Made by a program: the position numbers and the translations under genes. The notes beneath the pieces were generated by a model that was given only the letters and a program-made list of their open reading frames with translations, did no database searches and was not told where the DNA came from. A stretch of 64,000 nucleotides of DNA from Patescibacteria group bacterium (GTDB taxonomy: Bacteria > Patescibacteriota > JACPGU01): positions 75,756 to 139,755 of the forward strand of contig JAKLDG010000001.1 in the NCBI GenBank assembly GCA_022703645.1, in the 5' to 3' direction. This document shows positions 1 to 9,146 of the stretch, one piece after another. Numbering within the stretch: position 1 is the stretch's first letter; every line of letters begins with the position of its first letter.

Positions 1-138
1 ACCTGAACCGGAAGGACCCATAATCGCGATGAACTGTCCTTCGGGAATCGCAAAATCAATTCCATTTAGAACTGGAATTTCTTTTTCATCAACTATATAT
101 GACTTATGCAGATTTTTGACCTCAATAATATTAGACAT
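1..138 (-). CDS. ABC transporter ATP-binding protein (MacB/LolD-like), N-terminal part only; gene continues past the window start
   Basis: Reverse-strand translation from the ATG at 138 gives MSNIIEVKNLHKSYIVDEKEIPVLNGIDFAIPEGQFIAIMGPSGSG, a typical ABC ATPase N-terminus with the start of the Walker A motif. It lies 13 nt downstream of the membrane-fusion-protein gene on the same strand. Confidence 0.8.
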   Translation of the reverse strand, partial: MSNIIEVKNLHKSYIVDEKEIPVLNGIDFAIPEGQFIAIMGPSGSG

Positions 139-151
139 AAAATTCTCTAAA

Positions 152-1906
152 TTATTTCTTCGCTACCGGCGTTGCAATTTTATCTCCTTCTTTTAATCCA
201 AGAAGTAATTCAACATTGCCGTCAGATCCTACTAAACCGATTTCAATTTTCACTTCGTGTGAAGTTTTTCCGTCATCAGATACCAAGACAAAACTTTCGC
301 CGTCTTTCTTAATAATAGATCTTTGTGGAACAACTAGAACATTATCTTTTTTTGCTGTTCCGATAGTAATATTTGCAGTCATTCCGGATTTTGCCCTCTC
401 GTCATCCTTGATAAATTCAAAACTAACTTTGTATGTGGAAACCCCATCGATAACAGTTTCGGCCGGGTCAATTTTTACAACCTTTGCGTCAAATAAAGTA
501 TCAGATCCATAAGCATCGAGAGTAACTACAGCAGTATTATCAACTTTTATCTTTGCAATATCAGCCTCTGGTACGTTCGCTTCCATTTTGAATTTTGCAT
601 CAGTCATCACAGAAATCACCGGTTTGCTTGGTGAAGACATTTCACCCGCTTTCACATCCACTTTTGTAACAGTTCCGTCAATCGTAGTAGTGAGAACAGT
701 TTTTGCTAACATCGCAGAAGCTGAACCATATGAAGCTTGGGCAGACCTGATTTGCGCAGCTTGCGTGCTCATATTTGCTTCGATTTGTTTGACTGCCGCT
801 TCTTGGGCTTGGATAGCTTCAGCGGATGCTCCAGCTTTTTTGGTTACCATTTCCTGGTTGGCTAGATCCAGATTTGCATTTGCTTGGTTGAGAGCTGTTT
901 GCGCTGCATTAATCTGATTACTGTTCGTTATTTTTTGAGTATCAATACTTTTTATCTTTGCCGAAATCATAGACATTTGCGTTGTGGTACTCGTTCTTTC
1001 GAGAAGCAGACTTGCTTTTTCGCTCGCGGTCAAAGTAGATGAGCTAATAGGAATAGAATCAATTGTCGCGGATATTTTTTGCAGTGCGCTAAAAGTATCA
1101 TAGAGAGCTTTAGATGAGTTTAACTCATTGGGGGTTGCAATAGCTGTTGCTACTGAAGCTCTCGCTCCGCCAGTTGCGGAATTTATATATTGAAAAATCC
1201 AATTTCCTGCGTTAACACCGCCAACGAGAGCATTAACTGCCAAGGCTTTATTGCTTGAAATTAAACTTGAATCCTGATCGCCTGTATTAAAGTGAGCATA
1301 TTGAATATCAGTAATCACGCTTAAGGAATTCAACCCTGAGTTTACAGCGGTTGAAGCGCTATTGGCGCAATCGATGAAAACTTGCGTAAGGTTGTTGTCG
1401 GCACTTGCTTTTGCGTTTGCCAGATTTGTTACTGCATCATCAACCGCTCTTTTGGCGTTATCAATTTTTATCTGCGTCATAGCAATTTCTTCCGGTCGCG
1501 CGCCAGATTTGAGTTCATTAAGCCTGGCTCTTTGCGCATCGAGTTGCGCTTGGTATTGGGCTACCATACTTCTAGCAGCATCTACTCCGGCAGCAGCTTG
1601 CGCGACAGAAGATGAGACATCGCTGTTGCTGAGAGACGCTAGAACCGTTCCGCTGGTGACTTTGTCGCCAACTTTTACATTAACTCTTGCAACCTTACCG
1701 CTCGCTTCAAAGGCAAAGTCGATAGCTTCAGCCGGTTTTACTTTTCCCGTAACACTGACCTCTTGAGTAACATTTCCTTTTGAAATTGTATAATACTCAA
1801 ATTTTGGGGCGTTGTTTTTCTTTGAAATAGAAATAACAATTGATAAAATAATAATCACTAAAAATATTCCACCTCCAATTAAAAACCATTTTCGTTTTTT
1901 TAGCAT
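152..1906 (-). CDS. HlyD/MacA-family efflux transporter periplasmic adaptor (membrane fusion protein)
   Basis: N-terminal transmembrane anchor, then a biotin-lipoyl-like beta domain, a long Ala/Gln-rich coiled coil and a C-terminal beta-barrel (VVPQRSIIKKDGESFVLV). It sits in an operon with the ABC ATPase. An AAGGGA ribosome-binding site precedes the ATG. Confidence 0.8.
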   Translation of the reverse strand: MLKKRKWFLIGGGIFLVIIILSIVISISKKNNAPKFEYYTISKGNVTQEVSVTGKVKPAEAIDFAFEASGKVARVNVKVGDKVTSGTVLASLSNSDVSSSVAQAAAGVDAARSMVAQYQAQLDAQRARLNELKSGARPEEIAMTQIKIDNAKRAVDDAVTNLANAKASADNNLTQVFIDCANSASTAVNSGLNSLSVITDIQYAHFNTGDQDSSLISSNKALAVNALVGGVNAGNWIFQYINSATGGARASVATAIATPNELNSSKALYDTFSALQKISATIDSIPISSSTLTASEKASLLLERTSTTTQMSMISAKIKSIDTQKITNSNQINAAQTALNQANANLDLANQEMVTKKAGASAEAIQAQEAAVKQIEANMSTQAAQIRSAQASYGSASAMLAKTVLTTTIDGTVTKVDVKAGEMSSPSKPVISVMTDAKFKMEANVPEADIAKIKVDNTAVVTLDAYGSDTLFDAKVVKIDPAETVIDGVSTYKVSFEFIKDDERAKSGMTANITIGTAKKDNVLVVPQRSIIKKDGESFVLVSDDGKTSHEVKIEIGLVGSDGNVELLLGLKEGDKIATPVAKK

Positions 1907-2007
1907 GGTAAATTTCCCTTTCTTAGTTTATTTTTTACCCTATTATTTTGTTCTTAAATCCGTCTTTTGTCAATATCCAAGTATTTTTAGCCAAAAAAAG
2001 CTTCCCC

Positions 2008-2041
2008 TTGACAAAAATGGCTTAAATGTGCTAAAATCTTA
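2008..2041 (+). promoter_or_regulatory. sigma70-like promoter: TTGACA, 18 nt, TAAAAT
   Basis: cTTGACAaaaatggcttaaatgtgcTAAAATctt lies upstream of the secreted-protein gene and would give a 5' leader of about 155 nt. Confidence 0.5.
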
Positions 2042-2199
2042 ATATCACAGAATGGCAAGTTCTTTTATATTTGAGAAACAAAAATTATTCTAATTTCAGT
2101 GCGATCCTTTCTTTAAAGGTTTGAAATAAATTTAGGTATAAACTCGCCGTTGGCGGAAAAAATCTGAACTATCCTTAAATGGATGAAAGGAGAATCGCG

Positions 2200-3936
2200 A
2201 TGAAAAAATACGCGATGTTGGCAGTAGCAGTTCTGATGGTGTTTTTTGCGCTGGTGCAGTCTGCGAAGGCTGAGAAGATGATCCTGATCGGCCAGAATTA
2301 CGGCGCTGACGTAACACCATTGATCGAACCGGCTGGGTACAGTCTAACGAGTGAACGCTGGTCTTCGACTTGCATGAAAGAGAAGCCGAAGCATATCAGC
2401 GGAAGTCAATTTGAGATTGTAGGTTTCAAGCTCAAGTGCGGTACGCTATGCACATGCAGTTCGGAAGGTTTTCTTGAAGCCTACGACAATGGGTTGACAA
2501 CTGATCTGGGCGGCGATCTCGGCTATATCATTTCGGTACCTGCAGGAAAAGGCAAATATGATTACTATGCCATTTTCCGAAATGGAGATGATTCAGATTC
2601 TCAGTCGGCGGTACGCGAAGAAGATCAGACTGAAGAAGAAGCCCCCCCGGCGCCACCGGAAAAAACTCCGGAAAATACAACCGCGGCCGCTCTAAACCAG
2701 ACTGACGTGAAAACTGAATATCTGGTTTTTGGCATGGAATCCGAAGATGTCAATAAAGTGCTGAAAATGTTCAACTTTGATATCTGTTCTTCCGGCTGGC
2801 AAAAAGTATGCGTTTTGAAGGGCTATCCCAAGGAAAGTGGGAAGACATCCGAGGGCAAGACGCAGTATGAAGTTAGATACGTCGAACGCGATTGCAACTC
2901 TGCTCAGTCGAAAAAAGCCTTTTTCACTTGCTTTACTTATCAAGGTCAAGATGCTGGAGTGACAATTTCGATCGAGACCGGAAAACCGGGAATTTACGGG
3001 CTCTATGGGAGGATCAATCCGGATCTGAAGAAGAACACGGCTGACAACACAGAATCGAAGGCTCCTGCAGAAAATCAGGCGTCTGCGGCAAAAACTGTCT
3101 CCAGTGCAAAGACGATGGCAACTATCGAAAGAGTAGAGTCTTCGGATGGTGAATCTGAGGGTGGCGGAATACCGCTGAAATTATCGGGAAATGATTCCGA
3201 AGAATCAGAGACATCGTCAAAAGACCTACCGAAAAGCTTATTGATCGCAAAAGTTCCGGAAGCCAAGAGGGAGCTTATTGTCGAGTCCGAGAAAAAACAA
3301 GAAACGAAACCGGTTTCTGCTCCCGAATGTAATGCTACGTCCAGAATGTCAGTCTCTTGTTCGGATGTTTTAATCTCTCTGCTCGACAAGAAGGAAATGA
3401 AAGAAGCGATGGAATTCGCTGCTGCCCAGAAGAAAGATGCTATTATGGTTTATCAAACTTTAGCTGGAAACCGCAGAGTTCTGGGTGTTATGACGCAGGA
3501 AGACAAGAAACTCTATCATTTCTTCGGAGATTTTGGGCCAGAAGACGTGCTCAATCTCGAATGCACCTTTTCGCTCAATGAAGTTCGGCTTGCGATCCTC
3601 AAGATCAAAGGGGAGAAATTGAGTGAAAAGAATGAGATCGGGATATACTTCTCTTATAAAGTAACTGAAGAATCATCGGTCTCCTCGGAGGTCATCGAGC
3701 ATATCGAAAAAGCATCCGGACCGCTTGTGAAATTGAACTTCACTGATACGGATGGAATCGTTTTGGATATTGCGCGGGGCAAGAAGAGCGATAAAACATT
3801 CTCAGTCCCGATCTGCAATATCTATGATGTCAGATCGAAAAATGAGGCGGACACGAACGTCATCCTCGACCTTTATGACAATGCGGCTTGCGCGCCGATG
3901 AAAACAAAAAAAGGCGAGAAGATATCCGCTGAATGA
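2200..3936 (+). CDS. secreted hypothetical protein with a signal peptide and Cys-containing acidic domains
   Basis: Start chosen at the ATG at 2200, 8 nt after an AAAGGAG site. The N-terminus MKKYAMLAVAVLMVFFALVQSAKA is a classic signal peptide. The gene is visibly more GC-rich than its neighbours. I recognise no conserved domain. Confidence 0.6.
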   Translation: MKKYAMLAVAVLMVFFALVQSAKAEKMILIGQNYGADVTPLIEPAGYSLTSERWSSTCMKEKPKHISGSQFEIVGFKLKCGTLCTCSSEGFLEAYDNGLTTDLGGDLGYIISVPAGKGKYDYYAIFRNGDDSDSQSAVREEDQTEEEAPPAPPEKTPENTTAAALNQTDVKTEYLVFGMESEDVNKVLKMFNFDICSSGWQKVCVLKGYPKESGKTSEGKTQYEVRYVERDCNSAQSKKAFFTCFTYQGQDAGVTISIETGKPGIYGLYGRINPDLKKNTADNTESKAPAENQASAAKTVSSAKTMATIERVESSDGESEGGGIPLKLSGNDSEESETSSKDLPKSLLIAKVPEAKRELIVESEKKQETKPVSAPECNATSRMSVSCSDVLISLLDKKEMKEAMEFAAAQKKDAIMVYQTLAGNRRVLGVMTQEDKKLYHFFGDFGPEDVLNLECTFSLNEVRLAILKIKGEKLSEKNEIGIYFSYKVTEESSVSSEVIEHIEKASGPLVKLNFTDTDGIVLDIARGKKSDKTFSVPICNIYDVRSKNEADTNVILDLYDNAACAPMKTKKGEKISAE

Positions 3937-3973
3937 AATATTCTTGAAGTAACCATTTATTAAATATCTACAA

Positions 3974-4002
3974 CTGCCCCCGGGAACCGGGGGCAGTTTT
4001 TT
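3974..4002 (+). terminator. rho-independent terminator
   Basis: CTGCCCCCGG-gaac-CGGGGGCAG followed by TTTTTT. Confidence 0.8.
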
Positions 4003-4240
4003 AATTACCCTGAATTGTCATCCTCGAACTCTATTTTGTGCTTATAAAAATATAATAAAAAAAGCACAAAGAGAATATCAAGGATCTTTTCGCAGTAATA
4101 GGTGGTGTTTCTAATTAGCTCCCATAATTTGTTAGAAGATCAGAGTAGTTTCTATAAAAACATTTTAAAATTATCAAAAATGATATACAATAATTTTGCA
4201 TTTTGATTTTTGCATTTTTAATTATTAAACGAAAAATACT

Positions 4241-6031
4241 ATGAAACAAGAAAAAGCTTCACTCGATTCTATGCGTCATTCAACGAGCCATCTGATGGCA
4301 GCGGCAGTATTAAAATTATATCCTGATACGAAATTTGCGATCGGACCGTCAATCGAAGACGGTTTTTACTATGATTTCGAATTTAGTAAACCTTTGGTTG
4401 AAGAGGATTTAAAAAAGATTGAGAAAGAAATGATTGATATTAAGAATAAAAAACACGCGATAGTTGGTAAACAGATTAGTTTTGATGAAGCTAGAAAACT
4501 TTTTAAAGATCAGCCTTACAAATTGGAACTAATTGATGGACTCGAAAAAGATGGCGAAAAAGAAGTTTCGGTTTACGAGCTTGGGAACTTTATTGATCTC
4601 TGTAAAGGTCCGCATCTGGACAACACCGAAAAAATCGGAGCATTTAAATTGATGTCATTAGCTGGCGCATATTGGCGAGGTGATGAAAAAAATAAGATGT
4701 TAACGCGTATTTATGGTACGGTTTTCCCAACCAAGGAAGAACTTCACAAGCACTTGGAATTAATCGAAGAAGCGAAGAAAAGAGACCACAGAAAATTAGG
4801 TCGTGAGCTCGATCTATTTCATATCGATGATCAAGTTGGGCTCGGGCTACCACTTTGGCATCCAAAGGGCGCGATGCTTTGGCGCGTAATCGAAGATTTT
4901 TGGTATAAAGAGCATCTGAAAAATGGCTATCAATTAGTCCGCTCTCCTCATATTGGCAACAGACGTCTTTGGGAAACTTCGGGTCACTGGGGTTTTTATA
5001 ATTCCAGCATGTACCCACCAATGGAAGTAGGGCAATCGCTTGAAGAAAGACAAGAAGGAAAGAAAGCGGAAGTAAGCGAAGAATATCTTTTGAAACCAAT
5101 GAATTGTCCTTTTCATGTTCAGATCTATAAAAATGATTTACGATCTTATCGAGAACTTCCAATGCGATGGGCGGAATGCGGAACGGTATATAGATTTGAA
5201 AAAAAAGGTGAATTATCAGGACTTACTCGTGTTCGTGGTTTTACCCAAGATGATGCGCATATAGTTTGTGCTAAAGAGCAAGTCGAAGAAGAATTGGAAA
5301 AGGTAGTTGATTTTATATTATTTATCTATAAATCATTCGGTTTCGATATCGAAAGTGTGAAAGTTTATCTTTCAGTACGTGATCCAGAGATTAAAAAATA
5401 TGCCGGTACTGACGAGGGATGGGCATTAACAGAAAGTGTGCTTGAAAAAGTCGCAAAGAAAAAAGGTTTAAATTATGATAAAGATATTGGTGGAGCAGTT
5501 TTCTATGGACCAAAATTGGATTTCAAAATCAAGGATTCTCTTGGACGTGAATGGCAATGCTCAACCCTTCAATTTGATTTCAATCTTCCAGAAAGATTTG
5601 ATATGACTTTCAAAAATGCGAAAGGCGAAGATGAAAGACCATATATGTTACATCGCGCGCTATTTGGGTCTTACGAAAGATTCATAGGTTTGTTAATTGA
5701 GCACTATGCAGGGGCATTTCCTTTCTGGCTGGCTCCTGTTCAGATAAAGGTTTTGCCGGTAAATGATAAGCTCAGTGATTACGTCAATGAAGTTGTCGCG
5801 AAATTACAAGCACAAGAATATCGTGTCGAAGTAGATAATAAGGAAGAATCTCTTGGCAAAAAAATCCGCAACGCTGAAATGGAAAAAGTGCCATATATGC
5901 TGGTAATTGGGGATAAAGAAAGAGATGAAGGGGTGGTTGCGGTTCGTTCGAAAAAAGATGGGGACATCGGGTCTTTGGATGTAGAAGAATTTATTGTGAA
6001 AATCAAAAAAGAAATAGAAGAGAAGAAATAG
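4241..6031 (+). CDS. thrS: threonyl-tRNA synthetase (lacks the N-terminal TGS domain)
   Basis: RHSTSHLMAAAV matches the HxxxH motif of the ThrRS second additional/editing domain, followed by a class II catalytic core and an anticodon-binding domain. It aligns with E. coli ThrRS from about residue 70. Confidence 0.9.
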   Translation: MKQEKASLDSMRHSTSHLMAAAVLKLYPDTKFAIGPSIEDGFYYDFEFSKPLVEEDLKKIEKEMIDIKNKKHAIVGKQISFDEARKLFKDQPYKLELIDGLEKDGEKEVSVYELGNFIDLCKGPHLDNTEKIGAFKLMSLAGAYWRGDEKNKMLTRIYGTVFPTKEELHKHLELIEEAKKRDHRKLGRELDLFHIDDQVGLGLPLWHPKGAMLWRVIEDFWYKEHLKNGYQLVRSPHIGNRRLWETSGHWGFYNSSMYPPMEVGQSLEERQEGKKAEVSEEYLLKPMNCPFHVQIYKNDLRSYRELPMRWAECGTVYRFEKKGELSGLTRVRGFTQDDAHIVCAKEQVEEELEKVVDFILFIYKSFGFDIESVKVYLSVRDPEIKKYAGTDEGWALTESVLEKVAKKKGLNYDKDIGGAVFYGPKLDFKIKDSLGREWQCSTLQFDFNLPERFDMTFKNAKGEDERPYMLHRALFGSYERFIGLLIEHYAGAFPFWLAPVQIKVLPVNDKLSDYVNEVVAKLQAQEYRVEVDNKEESLGKKIRNAEMEKVPYMLVIGDKERDEGVVAVRSKKDGDIGSLDVEEFIVKIKKEIEEKK

Positions 6032-6072
6032 AATATTTGTTCTAAAAGCCATTTTTTGGTAAAATATTTCTC

Positions 6073-7497
6073 ATGAAATACTTTCTTTATATTACAGGTT
6101 GCGATATGAATTATAGCGATGCCGAGCGAATCGCCACGGTTTTTAATGAACACGGATTTTCTTTAGCTTCAAGCGAAGGCGAGTCTGATATTATTGTTGC
6201 TGTCGCTTGTTCGGTTAGAGAAAAAGCGGTACATAAGATTTATGGAAAGGTTGAGAAATGGAGGAAGATCAATAAAACAAGAAATCAAGAAAACAAAAAA
6301 ACAAAAATCATGGTTACGGGGTGTGTCTTACCGCATGATAAGAAGAAGCTGGAGGAGAAGGTTGAACTGGTATTCGAAATTAAAGAAATTGAGAAATTAA
6401 GAAATTTCTTACAAAAAATTTCCAATTTTCAATTTTCAATTTCCAATAAATTTTCAATGACCAATGACCAATATTTAAGTATCAATCCTCAATACCATTC
6501 AAAATACTCTGTTTTCGTACCAATTATGACTGGTTGTGATAATTTTTGTTCATATTGCGCAGTGCCATATACGAGAGGAAGGGAAGTTAGCAGACCGCAA
6601 GAGGAGATCTTGGAAGAAATACGAAGCTTGGTTGAAGCCGGTTACAAAGAAATAACTTTGCTTGGGCAAAATGTGAATAGTTATGGGAAAATTCTCAATT
6701 CCCAATTCTCAATTCTCAATCAAATCTCAAATCACAATGATCAAAATTTGAAAATTGAAACATTGAAGAATTCAATGGAAATTGAAAATTGTAAATTGAA
6801 AATTAATAATCCATTTTTAACCCTTCTCAAACAAATTGACCAATTAGAAGGCAATTACTGGGTTCGATTTTATGCCAATCATCCAAAAGATATGAGCGAT
6901 GAGTTGATAAATTTTTTGGTGCAATCAAAACATTTCTGCCATTATATTCACCTGCCTTTGCAATCTGGAGATGATGAGATTCTGAAGAAAATGAACCGGC
7001 ATTATACTGCTAAACAATACTTAGATCTAGTAAAAAAAATCCGCAAAAAAATTCCGGATGTTGTTTTGACAACGGATATAATTGTTGGATTTCCAGGAGA
7101 AGATGAGAAAGCATTTAACAACACGGTTGATGTTATGAAAAAATCCAAGTTTGATATGGCGTTTATCGCGGAGTATTCCACTCGTTCTGGTACGGTTGCG
7201 AGTAAACTGAATGACGATGTAACGCATGCCGAAAAAGAACGCAGAAAGAAGTATCTTAATGACGAGATCTTGGCAAAAAGTATTTTGGAAAATAACAAAA
7301 AAATGGTTGATAAAAAAGTAAGAATTTTGCTTTCAGGTATAGATAATAAAGGATTTTTGAAAGGAAAAACTGCAGGATTGAAAGATGTAAAAATACCTTT
7401 CGTGAAAACCGAACATACGACCGAAATTGGCGATTTTATCGACGTGGTAATTACGAAAGCTGGAAGTTGGGGTTTGGAAGGAAAGTTTCAAGAATAG
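6073..7497 (+). CDS. miaB: tRNA methylthiotransferase, MiaB family (radical SAM plus TRAM domain), carrying two in-frame repeat insertions
   Basis: UPF0004 N-terminal domain, a CDNFCSYCAVPY radical-SAM CxxxCxxC motif and a C-terminal TRAM domain. Low-complexity inserts ISNFQFSISNKFSMTNDQ and KILNSQFSILNQ...ENCKLKINNP are encoded by the intergenic repeat family. A TGGTAAAAT -10 box lies 7 nt before the ATG. Confidence 0.85.
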   Translation: MKYFLYITGCDMNYSDAERIATVFNEHGFSLASSEGESDIIVAVACSVREKAVHKIYGKVEKWRKINKTRNQENKKTKIMVTGCVLPHDKKKLEEKVELVFEIKEIEKLRNFLQKISNFQFSISNKFSMTNDQYLSINPQYHSKYSVFVPIMTGCDNFCSYCAVPYTRGREVSRPQEEILEEIRSLVEAGYKEITLLGQNVNSYGKILNSQFSILNQISNHNDQNLKIETLKNSMEIENCKLKINNPFLTLLKQIDQLEGNYWVRFYANHPKDMSDELINFLVQSKHFCHYIHLPLQSGDDEILKKMNRHYTAKQYLDLVKKIRKKIPDVVLTTDIIVGFPGEDEKAFNNTVDVMKKSKFDMAFIAEYSTRSGTVASKLNDDVTHAEKERRKKYLNDEILAKSILENNKKMVDKKVRILLSGIDNKGFLKGKTAGLKDVKIPFVKTEHTTEIGDFIDVVITKAGSWGLEGKFQE

Positions 7498-7502
7498 TAA
7501 AA

Positions 7503-7526
7503 GGGCCGCGATAGCGGCCCTTTTGA
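7503..7526 (+). terminator. rho-independent terminator
   Basis: GGGCCGC-gata-GCGGCCC followed by TTTTG. Confidence 0.75.
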
Positions 7527-7590
7527 ATGGACTTTGAGAATCTTCAATAAAAAATCTATTAGTATGCCGATTTCAATTTGTTAACCTCGA

Positions 7591-8052
7591 TTAACAGCGA
7601 GCTTGAATTCCGATGTGTTGAAGCGCTCCTCTGTGGCGCGGGTGCAATCTTTCTTTAATCGGCTGCGTAGTTTCGGTTTTTTCGTCGCTGATTTGCGTGA
7701 CGATATTGGCGCCTGAATTGATAAGCCGGAGAAATCTGCTGGGAATCCAGTAGTTTTTCTTTGTTTTGATATCCACCGCTCCGAGTTCGCAGAGTTCGTT
7801 ATTCTCTTTCTTAAGTCTCGGTTGCAGGCAGCGCACTTTTCCGCTGGCAATAAAAACATGTCCCTTTTTGAATTCATCGAAGGTGCGAGTTTTCCCCGAG
7901 CAGTCAACAAAGTTATCAAAAAGGATGTAATGCCTCTGTCCTCCTTTGATTTCCTCGATCTGCGATACCCCTCCTTCATAGAAGAATTTTTCTCTCGGGA
8001 TCTCATTCACCATCTCTTTTAAAGTGCGCCGGCCTTCCTGCTTTTCTACCAT
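7591..8052 (-). CDS. hypothetical protein; a GC-rich gene lying between miaB and miaA
   Basis: A strong GGAGG site sits 7 nt upstream of the ATG. GC content is clearly above the local background. No family recognised. The overlapping alternative frame 7581..8006 is considered spurious. Confidence 0.5.
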   Translation of the reverse strand: MVEKQEGRRTLKEMVNEIPREKFFYEGGVSQIEEIKGGQRHYILFDNFVDCSGKTRTFDEFKKGHVFIASGKVRCLQPRLKKENNELCELGAVDIKTKKNYWIPSRFLRLINSGANIVTQISDEKTETTQPIKERLHPRHRGALQHIGIQARC

Positions 8053-8172
8053 ACACTTACCTCCTCAGTTAGAATTTTGTGGCAGTTGTATTGTATGGCA
8101 TATTGGTTATATAGTCAAGGGAAAAGGATGCCTTTATGAAGCAAATTTTAGAGATTGTGGTATAATATTAAT

Positions 8173-9123
8173 ATGGTGGAAAAAGATAACGAAATGCCAA
8201 AAATCATTGTTGTGTGCGGACCGACCGGGAGTGGGAAAACATCCTTGGCTGTACAGCTGTGCAAAAAATTCAATGGAGAAATTATTAATGCGGATAGCCG
8301 GCAAGTTTATCGAGAAATGGATATAGGGACGGGGAAGGGGGAAGTTAAAAGTGAAAAGTTAAAAGTGAAAAGTTTTGGAGTGCCTTCGGCACAATATTTA
8401 GAAGGGGTCAGAATTCATTTAGTAAATATTATTGAACCGAATAATAGGTATACCGTTGGGCAGTTTAAGATTAACGCGGAAGAGGCGATTGCGGATATTA
8501 TTTCGAGAGGAAAAGTTCCATTTATAGTTGGAGGTACGGGGATGTATATTGATGCGTTAGTGGATAATTTTCAATTTTCAAGTTTCAATTTTCAATCAAT
8601 TTCCAATAATCAATTCTCAATCAAAGAAAAAAGCTTAGAAGAATTGGTTAAACTTTTAGAAAAACTAGACCCGCAGGCGTTAAACGTTGTCGATCTGAAA
8701 AACCGCCGCCGTGTTGAACACGCTATTGAAGTTTGTTTGGCTACTGGAATTCCTTTTAGTAAACAGCGAACAAAGGGTGAGAGAAAATATAAAGTATTGA
8801 AATTGGCTCCCTTAGTTTCGCTCGAGCGTGAAAAGTTATATGAAAAAATAAATAAGCGGGTTGATGAGATGATTGAACAGGGGCTGGAAAATGAGGTTAA
8901 ATCGTTAGCAGAAAAATATGGTTGGGAGAGCGAGGCTATGACGGGTATCGGTTACCGTGAATTTCGCGATGAAAGCGATATCGAAAAGGTTAAGGATAAA
9001 ATTAAACAGGACACTCGCAACTATGCCAAGCGGCAAATGACTTGGTTTAAAAGAGATAAAGAAATAGGTTATATAGACCTAAAGAAAGCGGAGATGTTGG
9101 TAAAAGATTTTTTGAAAAAATAA
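8173..9123 (+). CDS. miaA: tRNA dimethylallyltransferase with two in-frame repeat insertions
   Basis: KIIVVCGPTGSGKTS P-loop and QVYREMDIGTGK motif. The start is taken at the ATG at 8173, 6 nt after the extended -10 box TGGTATAAT; the alternative start is the ATG at 8194. Inserted peptides: GEVKSEKLKVKSFGVPSAQYLE and DNFQFSSFNFQSISNNQFS. Confidence 0.8.
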   Translation: MVEKDNEMPKIIVVCGPTGSGKTSLAVQLCKKFNGEIINADSRQVYREMDIGTGKGEVKSEKLKVKSFGVPSAQYLEGVRIHLVNIIEPNNRYTVGQFKINAEEAIADIISRGKVPFIVGGTGMYIDALVDNFQFSSFNFQSISNNQFSIKEKSLEELVKLLEKLDPQALNVVDLKNRRRVEHAIEVCLATGIPFSKQRTKGERKYKVLKLAPLVSLEREKLYEKINKRVDEMIEQGLENEVKSLAEKYGWESEAMTGIGYREFRDESDIEKVKDKIKQDTRNYAKRQMTWFKRDKEIGYIDLKKAEMLVKDFLKK

Positions 9124-9146
9124 TTCATTCATGTTACATTGGGAGT

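Noticed and set aside
216-1766. ORFs 216..512, 588..917, 1362..1766 and 1382..1615, all antisense to the membrane-fusion-protein gene
   Set aside because: They lie entirely inside a well-supported CDS on the opposite strand and have no start signals. They are typical shadow ORFs of a GC-richer gene.
6405-6836. Intein or CRISPR explanation for the repetitive insertions in miaB
   Set aside because: The inserts are low-complexity and identical in sequence to intergenic repeats. There are no intein splicing motifs (C/S...HN) and no regularly spaced unique spacers.
7581-8006. Alternative 141-aa frame overlapping 7591..8052
   Set aside because: It shares the locus in a different frame. The 7591..8052 frame has a GGAGG ribosome-binding site at the correct spacing and this one does not.
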